Positions 28,430-40,900 of a DNA stretch of 64,000 nucleotides are shown here, piece by piece (the first letter of the stretch is position 1; each line of letters opens with the position of its first letter). A model generated the notes under the pieces. It was not told where the DNA came from. It did no database searches and was given only the letters and a program-made list of their open reading frames with translations. Origin of the DNA: Bugula neritina (lineage: Eukaryota > Animalia > Bryozoa); NCBI GenBank assembly GCA_964035545.1, contig OZ037773.1, positions 3,687,751 to 3,751,750 of the forward strand, given 5' to 3'. Both the position numbers and the translations under genes were made by a program.

Positions 28430-30319
28430 TTCTAGAATTTTCTTTTTACACTATAATAAGCTTGTTGGCTCATGGAAGACCATCGCCAAGCTTCTAAACT
28501 AACTCTTTACGTAGATTGTACGACAGGAATGATTTTCAGGATAACATAGGCTACACTTTGGATTTGAAGTAGATATGAGGTTATTAGCTTGATGATGTTT
28601 GGGAACGCATTGTTCAATATATTCAATCAGATAAGTATTATTAGATAAAAAACAAATAATGTCGAATACAGAATCGAAACATTATAGAATTGCTACATAA
28701 TGAAATTAAACAAGTTATTGTAGCAACTGTATAGCACAGTGAGTGATGAAACAAATAGATAACGTTGATCTTATAATAGATTAATTCTTATTAAAATGTA
28801 AGTACTGTTTTTGTTGACATTTCTTGAGTTTTAAATTATGCATAAAAACAATTTGAATAACACCGTGCTATAGTAACGATCAAGTAATAAGTTAGTAATT
28901 ATTAAAAATATTTAGTCGACAACACAGTTATAGAACAAAGTTACTTCACATATGCCCTTGCAGTATAAGCTTATATTGTATATGTAATATCAAATAATTT
29001 AAGAATAGTAGAAAGAACTGGCCCCAAGCCAACAGAGTTCAAAATTTCTCATCGCCAAGCATGGGCTGCAACTACCATCTAGTGTGTCTTTCTTATGAGT
29101 AATGATTATTTAAAAACATGAGTGCTTGTAACAAAAGTTTTTTTTAAATAGTTGAAGTAAAAAGAAAGCAAATTAATTTACTTTATTAGCTAGTTCTTTA
29201 AAACAAATGTGTAACCTCATGATTCAGCTATAAACTATAAATTTAATAAAAGTTGTTAATGGACATCTGCAACTATAAGCATATCAGTTTTATATAAAAC
29301 AACGTTGATGTGGATTCTAGTTGCCAGCTGCTAGTTGCTAGTTTCTATAAGTTGCTAGTTGCCAGTTGCCAATTGCCAACTGCTAGTTACTTATAGATAC
29401 CTGTGCCAGAGAGATAATCCTGGCTGTTTAACTGAAAACATATTTGTTTACTTGTTTTTCTCAAGTTCTTATACAATAAATAATACTGGTATGTTTAAAG
29501 TCACCAGTTTTATCAATATAAATTCTTAATTGTTATCTTGAGTTTATATTGAATGAAGACTACGTTTTAGCAAATTAGCAGGCACCCCATTTTGCTGCAT
29601 TTATTTACTTTGAAAAATACTATTTGCTTTTCATTTCTTTTGTTAAACAAGTCTAGCTCTCTGAATTAGAGCTAGAGACAGAGATAGCCCTGTTCATAGT
29701 ACAAAGTCTGAATATCCACCAAAAAAATAAAACACAGCACAAATATCATTGTTATTTTCATTTTTACTAGAAAAAGGTTTTATTGGCAGAAGTTTTTTCA
29801 ATTAGCTATTTTATAATAATTTGACAAATTAAACATAATATATGTTTGTTAAATGCTACATTTTTTTCTGAATTAGTTTAAAGTTATACATTTTGATGAT
29901 TTTCCAGCATGATCTTTAGTCTGAATTTTTGAGACATGTTTTTCTTAGAGACAGCAACCTGTGAGAATTACTATTAACTTGATACAAGGGGCTGTTCATT
30001 TACAGCAAAGTTAGCTTGAAGTAAAGCCAACTGAGACTCTATACTCAAAGGTATTGCTTGATTGCCTGAAGGTCATCATTATCATTTATGCTGCCCATTG
30101 ACATGATCAGCTGCTGGCAAGATTTTTATTAGAACTTAAAGACGCAAGGATACAAGTTGAATTAAATCTGCATAATAAACAAGAATGGGACAAATTTTCC
30201 CAAACAGAGTTAAATATAGGAACAAGATGATGATTACTGGGTTTCAATTGAATTTTAAAACCAAAAGCTGAGCGTATTAGAGAAAATAAGGACATGAACA
30301 AAATTGAGTCCAATGCGTA

Positions 30320-30585
30320 GACAACATGTTACATCAACGTAAATATAATATATCAAAAAACATAATTTTTTTAAACTCCAATACAGCAAGAATGGAGTGT
30401 CCAGTACTCGGAGAAAGGGGATACATGGGAAGATTGTAGTTACTATGGTTACCAAAACAGACACATTTGAGTATCTATGTATTGTTACATTGAGCTAGTT
30501 CTGATTATCACTGAAGAGCTCATTGATTGGATGCAACATAAGTAGCTCTTTTGCAGCAGCAGAGGAGTTTTTTTTCAACTGAGAT
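30320..30585 (-). pseudogene. Relic 3' end (C-terminus and 3' UTR) of a paralogue of the adjacent GPCR
   Basis: Minus strand 30583-30520 reads QLKK/LLCCCKRATYVASNQ* (frameshift in an A run) versus HLKKLICCCKRTTAVAPN* in the GPCR. caaaacagacacatttgagta is shared at ~30453 and ~32280. Confidence 0.75.
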
Positions 30586-32347
30586 TAGAATTAAGATTAA
30601 CATTTAGCTGCCACAATTCTGGTATGAGTTGTTCACTCGCTAGAAAGAGAATGGCTAACTAAATGCTAGACATGCACCCATCATTATAAATTATTACTCT
30701 TTCAGTCTGTGCAGTTATTCAAACAGATTTGATAAATGGGGCGGGCTTAGCCTATTCTATTCATCGTCATGAAGTCGGTTAAATTGGGTAGACTGGCATA
30801 TACTCAAGTATTGTGACATGTACACAAATATTAGCGAGTCAGTATGGAGGTATGGAAGTTAATAATGCAATGTAATGGGTGGGAGAGAGAATAATTAGCA
30901 TAAGAGAATGAACAATGACTATAACAGAGCAAAAAATAGGGATATGAGAGTACATAATGGAAATATGGAACTGAATAATGAGCATATAAAAGAGAGAGAA
31001 ATAAGGGTACATGGGAAAGAATAATAACAGGATGAGACCAAATAATAGACCTAAGAGCATGAATAATGAGGGGATGAGAGTAAATTATAGACCAATGAGA
31101 GCATTTTGTGAGCATGAGAGAGAATAATGGCTAGATACTCTATTGTAAGCATATGAGATACAGTAATAAGTGAAACTTTGACCATTTAGCACTCCATACA
31201 AGGTGGATTCATTATCGAGTTGAAGCATGCAATTTGTAGTCTACTTAATGAGATGACAGGTTGATGAAGTTTTAGCTCATCTACATATAATAATATGTTA
31301 TAAATAGAAGTAGCATTATAGCATAACATATTTAGTGTCATGACTGAATGAGTATTTATTTGACAAAGAAATGTTGAAGCACTTGAAGTGTTATAATAAA
31401 ATGACATAATGATTTATTGCACTTGCATAGTGCTAGATGCGTTTCAATTTTAATTATTTTGCTGAAGCATTGAAACAAGCTACGTTACAGGTGGCAATTG
31501 TGATATACCGGTAATCTTCATGTTGCTGTTATCAGTTTTAGAAACTTGATAACCTCTATTATAGCTAGGTAAAATTAGAATATTATCTTTCTTCATAGCC
31601 TTAACGCTATAGCTAAAAACAGCTAAACCATTAAAGTGATTTGTTTAAATAGATTCAATCTGATTATTTAAAACATGTTGCGAGCTGATATAATACAATT
31701 TAGCACGTTATCATATACGGTACTTGCATATAACCAACAAGCTAAAGAAGCCAAATCAGCACGTTTGAAATACTGTTCACTAAGAGACAGCAACTCTGCA
31801 AAAATTATGATGTTTGATACATAATACCTGCATTAGTTGCATATACTTACTACTTTTGATAATGTATAATTATTATGCATGTTCAACAAGTCTTGGACTG
31901 TTGATTTACAGCCAAAGTAAACTGAGATAAAAGACAACTCAAACTGAAAACAGCTGCAGCACTGAAATTATAATATTATGCTTAGGCACAACAAAGATGT
32001 TTCAACTTTGTTCAGATGAAAGCAAAGCATTCTATTAATAATCATGAGCACTTTTATATAAACATTCGATTGGAACGATAGAGCCAGCAAATTAAAATAA
32101 ACAAAAAGAAATATCTAAATAAGACACTACATGATCTACACATAATGTAGAAAAAAAAAACATTTGTAAAATAAAACATATTTTTCTAAACTTCTATACA
32201 ACATTAATTATAAATTGTCTAGTACCAATTATTCAGAAAAAGGTGATGCATGCATGTGAATACAGTTGCTATATGGCTACAAAACAGACACATTTGAGTA
32301 GAAATTATTCTAAATAAAGATGAGGTCAACAAAACCTAGCAGCCATG

Positions 32348-33255
32348 TTAGTTTGGTGCAACAGCGGTTGTTCGTTTGCAGCAGCAAATGAGTTTTTTTA
32401 AATGAGCTCGATATCCGGCAACTATGTAAATGTACAAGAACATGTTAACTGTGCCGTAGAGTGATTGGCCGATAAGAAATGTCCACAGCATAGAAGAGAA
32501 CACATTTGGATCAACTTGGTCAAAAGCATTAGTAAAGATTGCAGCAAATGATGGAATGAAAAAGAGATAAAAAAGTAGACACGTCAGCATGATGTAATTC
32601 CCGGCACTTTTCATAGCATCGTCAGCATTTGTATTGTTTCCAAGTTTCATTCGTTGAAATTCTTGGATTACTTTGAAGGAGCAAACACCAATGATAATGG
32701 CAGGGACAGCCAGTGTAATACAGATGATAATGGTGTTGGCAAAATGAGGATTTTCTGGATATGAGCCTTAATCGTGGGCAAGAAGCCAAGAATTTCCCCA
32801 AGTACGAAACTAACAAGCCATACTAAGCCAAGGGAAATTGGAAACTTCTTAATTGCCCAGTTTGTTTCGCTTACCAGAGGAGTGCAGATCATGATGTACC
32901 TTTCATAGCTGCCTAAAGCCAGGATGCCGTTCCGAACAGCTGTAGCAGCAAACACTGACACAGCCGTGGTTTTGAGAATATTAGCAGCGTGTTGGTAATT
33001 CAGATGGTAAATGCCTTCAATCACATTGCAGCTCAACATGCAGATGTACGTCAGACTGGCCACAGCATCAGAAAAACCTATATTCACCAGGATCCAAATG
33101 AAATTAGTTTTTTTCTCAGTCTTCAGAAAGCAAAGCGCAATGATATGCAAAATGTTTATAAGAATACTTGCAGAGTTAGAGGCGACAGTGAAACCAGAAA
33201 GATATGGTTGGTCACACACTTCTGTTATGTTGTTGCATAAGATATCACCTTCCAT
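32348..33255 (-). pseudogene. Intronless rhodopsin-like (class A, chemosensory-type) GPCR with a frameshift after TM4
   Basis: Frame 1 from ATG 33255: TM1 NILH, TM2 FSD, TM3 SYERYIMICTP, TM4 W. TM5-TM7 (NTIIICITLAVPAIII...FFIP...YGTVNMFLY...ICCC) lie in another frame preceded by TAA at ~32770. No intron-sized gap. Confidence 0.75.
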
Positions 33256-33597
33256 TTTATTTCGTACAGTCGGCAACGTATAGCGTTGACTTTCTGACAC
33301 TTTTGCTGACTTTATGACAGCTTGCTGACTGCAGTGTCTTAAACGCAAATTGTAGATGCGCAGCAAAAGGTCTACGATTTCATTGGACGAAGCACCAACA
33401 TAATTATATACGTTTAAAACGTCTAACATTATATTTTTTGAATCACATGATCATGTCTGCATAACTTTATTAGTGTAAGAGCATAATTTTGCATTCAATT
33501 GATGATTCTCATTTTCCACTAGTAAATGCGTTAACTTTGCTGCGGCTAGAATCTGCATTTCAAAATTGCATCTTGTATACATTGGCCCGGCAACTCA

Positions 33598-33880
<283 letters not shown>

Positions 33881-34926
33881 TGCTGATAAACTAAATACTT
33901 TTAGGTGTAGGGAGTATTTCGTAAGAGGTCAGTTTGAGAATGTGCGAGCAACCAACAGTCGCCCCAAACCTTAGAATCTCAATTGACCCTCTTTAAAAAA
34001 GAGAAATGCTAAAAAAATTAATTTATAATATATACTTTATTATCAAATATATATTACTTGTATCAATCCTTATATTCTATTAATAAATATCATTTATGTT
34101 CCTATTTCATATATAAATATATATTATTTCAATCCTTACATTCTATAAATATATTATATTATTAAACAATTAAAAACTGCACCTGAATACTATTTAAGAA
34201 TCAATAAGAATGCCTATGTTTCTTATCGTATGCAAGTGTGATTGTAGGAATAAAAAAAATTGAACATGATACAATAAATGAGTGACTCCACAAAACAAGC
34301 AAGTGTGCCCTATAGCAGTATAACAACGGTATTTTATCAGTTGTTATGTAACTTTAGAGAACAGCATAGAATAATAATAAAAAAGTACATGCAGTGTGAA
34401 AGTAGAGAGTAGATAACTTCAGCTGTGCTCAGTGTCTTCTGCTATTACCTCATCAATCTGCAAATAAATCACATGAAATGCTGATAATTGACTGATAGGC
34501 ATAAGAGTTGTGTGCTCTAGCAAATTTCAAAAGAGTAGCAAGAAAACTGTGACTAAACCTGGGTGCCCGGGTTTTCGTTAGTTTTCTATTTTTAGAAATC
34601 TCATATGTATTGTAATTTAGAAACAAGATAAAAGTTTAAGCAGTTTGAATAATAGCCTGGTTTAAGCTTTCTGATCAGCCTGTCGGCATCATACATGATA
34701 TGCTATTAGTGTGAATAGAACAAATTTAACTTTTTAGCCTGTCTGACAAATAAACTTGACATATGAAGTGATTCATGAAACGAAGCGCTAATGAAATACT
34801 AAACACAGTACGTCATTCATGAGAAGCTGTTTGTGGTGCAGAGAGCTGTACTAAAAGTTTCAATAGAAAATTATTCTTTTTATGTTTTCATTATGAGAAT
34901 TGCCAAATATACTTATCAATTTAGGT

Positions 34927-37900
34927 TTAAAAGGAAAGCTGCATTGTGACAAAGCATGTGTACTGTGACAGAACATGTGTACTGTGACAGAACATGTGTA
35001 CTGTGACAGAACATGTATACTGTGACAGAACATGTGTACTGTGACAGAACATGTGTACTGTGACAGAACATGTGTACTGTGACACAACATGTGTACTGTT
35101 ACAGAACATGTGTACTGTTACAGAACATGTATACTGTGACACAACATGTGTACTGTGACAGAGCATGTATACTGTGACACAGCACCAAACAAAAGCAGAG
35201 ACAAGATTTTTAGTTGCAGTGGATAAACAGAGCAACACTCACATCTCTTAGTTGAGATTCCAAAGAGTCGGGATACTCAGCATTGGAAGGGGCCACCACA
35301 CCTCCCGCATGCAGCGGCTGAGAGAGCTGGTCGCCATGGTCTAAAGTGAGACCGTCAGTCGACCATCTGAAAGGTGCATCGCAAGAGTTGCTGAAAGTTG
35401 CTTCTTCCTGAAGAGAAAGTATGTTATTCCTGTGAGTCGCGAGAGACTGTCGTATCGGGAAACTTGCAGATGTGTGTAAGGTGCTTGGGGCTCCGTTGAG
35501 CATGTTTGTTGTGACGTATTGCGGCTGAGAGAGATTGGTCAGACCCAGTTGGCAGGAAGTCGCTGCGTAGTCTGTGTGAGTTGGAGAGAACAACTCTGAA
35601 AAACCGTTATTGACATTTAAACCGTTAGATTCATTGTTTCCTAGATTGGGCAGCTCACCGCTGGTATCCGAGGTGGGGTATGACACCTGCTGAGCAAAGG
35701 ATGTTTGTGATGAGTGAGCCGATGATGACGTAGAACTGAGGCTAGATAAACTCGATCTAGAGGCTTTTGATCTGCGGGGAGTCGCTATAGGCCGTTTGGA
35801 CATCTCGGCCGCAAAGCACTGGCTTGGTGGTAAACTGTTGGACGAACCAGAAAATTTAAACAAACTTTCAGCACTTGAAGATGGGTTCGACGCCATAAAA
35901 GGCTGTCCAAATGCGTTGAATTTTATATTGATTGGCTGTGAGTCGGATGAGTTGTTTGTTGCCCCAGTGCTGTGGCTAAGTACATTACCAGTATGACTCA
36001 TGGGCTGTAGGTTAAAGGTATACTGCATAGCGTGACCATTGTTTGTATCTTGTGTAGCCTGACTTATATCTTGTGTAGCCTGACTTATATCTTGTGTAGC
36101 CTGACCTATTAGGGTGGCATGACCTAAACCTTGTGCAGTGTGACCTAGATCTTGGGTGGTGTGTCCTAAACCTTGTGCAGTGTGACCTAAATCTTGGGTA
36201 GCATGACCTAGATCTTGGGTGGCATGACCTAGATCTTGGGTGGCATGACCTAGATCTTGGGTGGCATGACCTAGATCTTGGGTGGCATGACCTAGATCTT
36301 GGGTGGTGTAGGCGTGGCTATTAGCTTGGGTGTGGTTAACTGGCTGCATGCTGTTGGTAATATCCATGTTTTGCGGGGTCATAGCATTGCTGACATCCAA
36401 TCCAGACTGTAAGGGAGACAGGCTGGCAGCATTCCAGATTTGGCTGAGGAGGTCATTGTCAGGGGGGAGAGCATGAGGTGAAACCTGCAGTTAAGAAATT
36501 GAATAACAATGAAACATTCAGTTGTACTCGTGAAATGATTAGAAACATCAACTAAAGTAGAGTCTGTGTAGGACAGTCGAACAGAACGCAAACACAACAA
36601 GTGGCAAAGCAGAACAATTATAGACACCTCTGAATGATTTGTCTCTTGAGAACTTGTGGGCATTGGGGACAGTCCAGAGGTATCTGTGACTGGACTCTCG
36701 TCTAAAACAATGATATAGTGATATGATGATACAGTGATATGATAATACAGTGATATGATGACATAGTGATATGATGATACAGTGATATGATGATATAGTG
36801 ATATGATGATACAGTGATATGATGGTACAGTGATATGATGATACAGTGATATGATAATACAGTGATATGATGATACAGTGATGTGATGATATAGTGATAT
36901 GATGATACAGTGATATAATGATACAGCGATATGATGATACAGTGATATGATAATACAGTGATATGATGATACAGTGATATGATGATACAGTGATATGATG
37001 ATACAGTGATATGATGATACAGTGATGTGATGATATAGTGATATGATGATACAGTGATATAATGATACAGTGATATGATGATACAGTGATATGATGATAC
37101 AGTGATATGATAATACAGTGATATGATGATACAGTGATATGATGATATGAAATAACTAATAAGACAGCTGAGTAAGTGATCAAAAACAGTGGTAATAGGA
37201 AACATGCTGTGTGACCATCAGTTATAAAAAAAATACTCTCTTTAGTGTGCATTTATACAAAAACCAATACAATAACAAAACAATATTATTAGGTATTGAA
37301 AAAAAAAACCGGTTACCAACTCACTAGAATATGGGTTGGTGGAGGGCGTGTCTTGACCACCCTCAGCTCCCTGAACAGCCTGAGAGCTGGCTCCATCCAT
37401 AGATGAGTTATAGGCGCCAGAGTCCTGTCAATACAAGTAAATCCTAAGTTAATAAACGTTAAGTTCGACTATTTGCTGTTAGGAGTTGTCCCGCTGCAGC
37501 AGCAGAGGCCTGCATGGAAAACCGAATCTCACTACTTTACCTTCACAGGTGGTAAATCTTTCACTAGAATGGACAGCCTATGTTGTTGTAAAGCAGACTT
37601 TTGGAAAGTTACTTGATGCTTACTTTATAACTATTCTTCACTTCTAACAACTGTTGCACTGTATAGTAATATATTTACATCATTACAATATTACTACCAC
37701 AGTGCCACAATTACTACTATCCTGTACCGATTAGGACATGGCGGTGAAAGGTGAGAATATTACTACTACTCTAATATTACTACTATATTACTACTATATA
37801 ATTACTTCGTTATTACTATATTATTACTATATTATTACTATATTATTACTATATTATTACTACTCTAATATTACAGCTATATAATTACCACTTATCATTA

Positions 37901-40900
37901 TTACTATATTATAACTACTATAATTATTATAATAACTACATTACTGTATTCATAGCAATACTGTATTATTAGCACAATATTACTGGATTATTAGCACAAT
38001 ATGATTGTATTAGTAGCACTATATTACTGTATTATTAGCACAATATTACTGTAGTAGTAAGCACTATATTACTGTATTAGTAAGCACTATATTACTGTAT
38101 TAGTAAGCACTATATTACTGTATTAGTAAGCATTATATTACTGTATTATTAGCACTATATTACTGTATTACAACTAGACAGAACATACCCTAGCCCGGCT
38201 GTCACTGTAATATATAGCACTGCCACTATCAGGTACCACTGAAGGAATATCTGCAGCTGAAACAGATACAAAAACTCATCGCCTGAACAATGACGATAGA
38301 ATTAGGGCTGCAGATAACTCGGTTGAGTTTAAACAACTTTTTTAATTCAAATTTTCAACAAAAGTGAAGTTCCAAAAAAGTAACGTCTTCAAACAACTTT
38401 AATAGAGCTAATTGCCAGGATATTGCTAAAGTTAGCTAAGTGTTTGATTTGTACCATAAACAGCTATTCCATAACCACCTATTACAGCATGCCTTGAGCT
38501 GGTCTCTGGATAAGCCAAAGAATAAATCTACCATGTATAAAATGGAATGGGCAGTTACACTAGCTTTTTATAAGGAATGTATCAGCATACAAACCAGATG
38601 TAGGCCAGGTTCCAGTTGTTAAAGTTCTGCAACTCTAGAGGGAGCGGCAGTAGTCTAGGGGTTAGAGCATTAACTTAGTATACATGAGTCATGGGTTCAA
38701 ACCCCAGTAAAGGTCATTGGCGATATTAGGAAAAACATCCAGTCACAATAGAGGGGTTTCAAACATCCCTCTAGAGGAATTTGCATTTTAAAGTTGTCTC
38801 CCCCTAAAGGTATTGGGGGCAGTCTCCATAATATATAGAAGGCCCATAAAATAAGTAGAAATGTAAGGTTTGAGTGAAGACTACTACTAGTATAAGTTTC
38901 ATTTTTTCTGAGATTAATATTTTGGCATAAGTACACATATGAGCAGTTTCAAAAACTTTTTAAAAAATTTTGTCAATGATAAATGGCACAAAAACAAAAC
39001 TTCAAAGCATATTTGTGGTTTTGGTTATTGAGCAAATCTGAAGCTGGCAGCTGTCATTATTATTTGCTTTGCTGACTGTAACCAGTCTGTTTAGAGCTGC
39101 TAACCTTTCAACTCTTAGAACAATAATAACATGCTCGTAGACTATATAGCTGCACTAGTGGGCTCTGTCTTACTGAACTCCAAATGCTCCAAATTATGGG
39201 TTGGAACACATGCCTGTAAGTTTATGAAGGCACTGGCTCATTTGTATTAACATGTTCACGTACTTACACACCTATACTATGAAAATAACTAAGCCACCCT
39301 ACTATCTAATATTTCTATATATCAAAAAAATTATTATAAATATAAAGATATGTATTAAAATAGATAGATTAAATTTGTAATTTCAAACAACATCTTATCT
39401 AAAAATGCTAAACACTGTATAACTATAAATATGTTTTAAAAGCATTTGTTTACATGGCATGCCTGCAAGTCAATGAAAATATTTAGAGAACAGTAAAAAG
39501 AAGCATATAAATTTCAGAATAGTTAATTTTTTTCTGAGATAAATATTTTGGAAATGTCCCACAATTCAACGTTTAAATTAAGTCTGTAAAGAAAATTTCA
39601 CAGTGTATTTTCAATAAATAATTATTCTTGCAAGCTGGTTTGCGTTTGTTCTGGCATGCCATTTTACCTCCAGTTAGGTGCAGAAATGGAGATTTTGACC
39701 AAAAAATTCCCCCCTGAATAGCATACTGTTAAAAGTTTTGGGCTTGTGTTAGATAGGCCCTACTAACCTCCATTTTACAGTGGTCTAGTTAACTAGGTCA
39801 AAGTTCATTGAGGTGGAATTGTTTTATTAACCTCGTGTGTTGATAAAATACTATTATTAGATTTAGAACTTCTCTAAACAACTTCACAGTCTGATTAAAT
39901 ATCTGCGATACTTGCCTAGTAGACGATCCAAACTTAAAAAATAATATACTAAATCTTTGTATTACATGTATGGATAAAAAATAATGCAACAAATTGGCTA
40001 AAGCATGTTCAAGTAATGTGAAAAACTCGAAATATAAATGAGTCAAACTAGAGCTAGTCAAGTGTGTAGTGTTTTTGGCCGATTTATATGTGCTGTTTAA
40101 TCAGCTTATTATGTAGTGATATAATCCTATATAATGTAATTTAAGTTAGACAGCTAAAGTTGGACAGTTCTCATCGTGCACTTTCTTGAACAAGCAGTTA
40201 TGTAATATAGAAAGACAGCTACTCAACAGAGAGCTTCAAGCAAACAAAATTCTTGCACCGAGGTTGATTGAATACAAAACAGCTGCTGTTATTCTTATAG
40301 CAGCATGCATTGTATAAGAGATAGCCTGATGGTTCACATAGTTTACATCAATGAACTCAATAATTATTAAGCTATTCCAGCTCAGTGGTTTACATACAGT
40401 GACATACCACTGAAAATTATTAGAAACCACAGAAAAGATATAAAGGAGAGAATGCTGGCACAAAGGAAGTATAGCAATGTGGTTAAATATATGGCTGAAA
40501 ACTGACTTAGAGATAAATAAGTACAAAATGTACATAATATAGCTAAATCAGCAAAGCCAAATGATTTGATATAAAAAGTATTATCTGGGAATTTAGTGAA
40601 ACTTTGTAGTATTATTTAAAATTCCACCTTTGAGCAAGACCCGTATGGAGTAAAGCCAATCTTAATTTCATTAGTGTCATAAGAATGCAGTCATTATGAC
40701 ATAGTTCGTTCTTTCTATACTTTACAGCTGGTACTAAATGTACATTCCAACTCTTTTTTGGAAACAAGCCAAGTTGCTTTGGCTGAAAAGTGCTTTTTTT
40801 GATGATTTTTTTTCTGCAATGCAGCAGTATATAATTTACAATGCTCCAAAAACATTTCTGTATTAGGAATGTTGGTATACCAACAGCTTGCAAGAATATT

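Noticed and set aside
34200-34926. Ankyrin-repeat (p105/Relish-type) C-terminal exons for Rel copy A
   Set aside because: No ankyrin motif or suitable exon seen between the large exon and the GPCR.
35210-36400. 396-aa and 324-aa (61615-62589) ORFs as standalone genes
   Set aside because: Both are bounded by AG/GT sites and splice in frame to the RHD-IPT exons.
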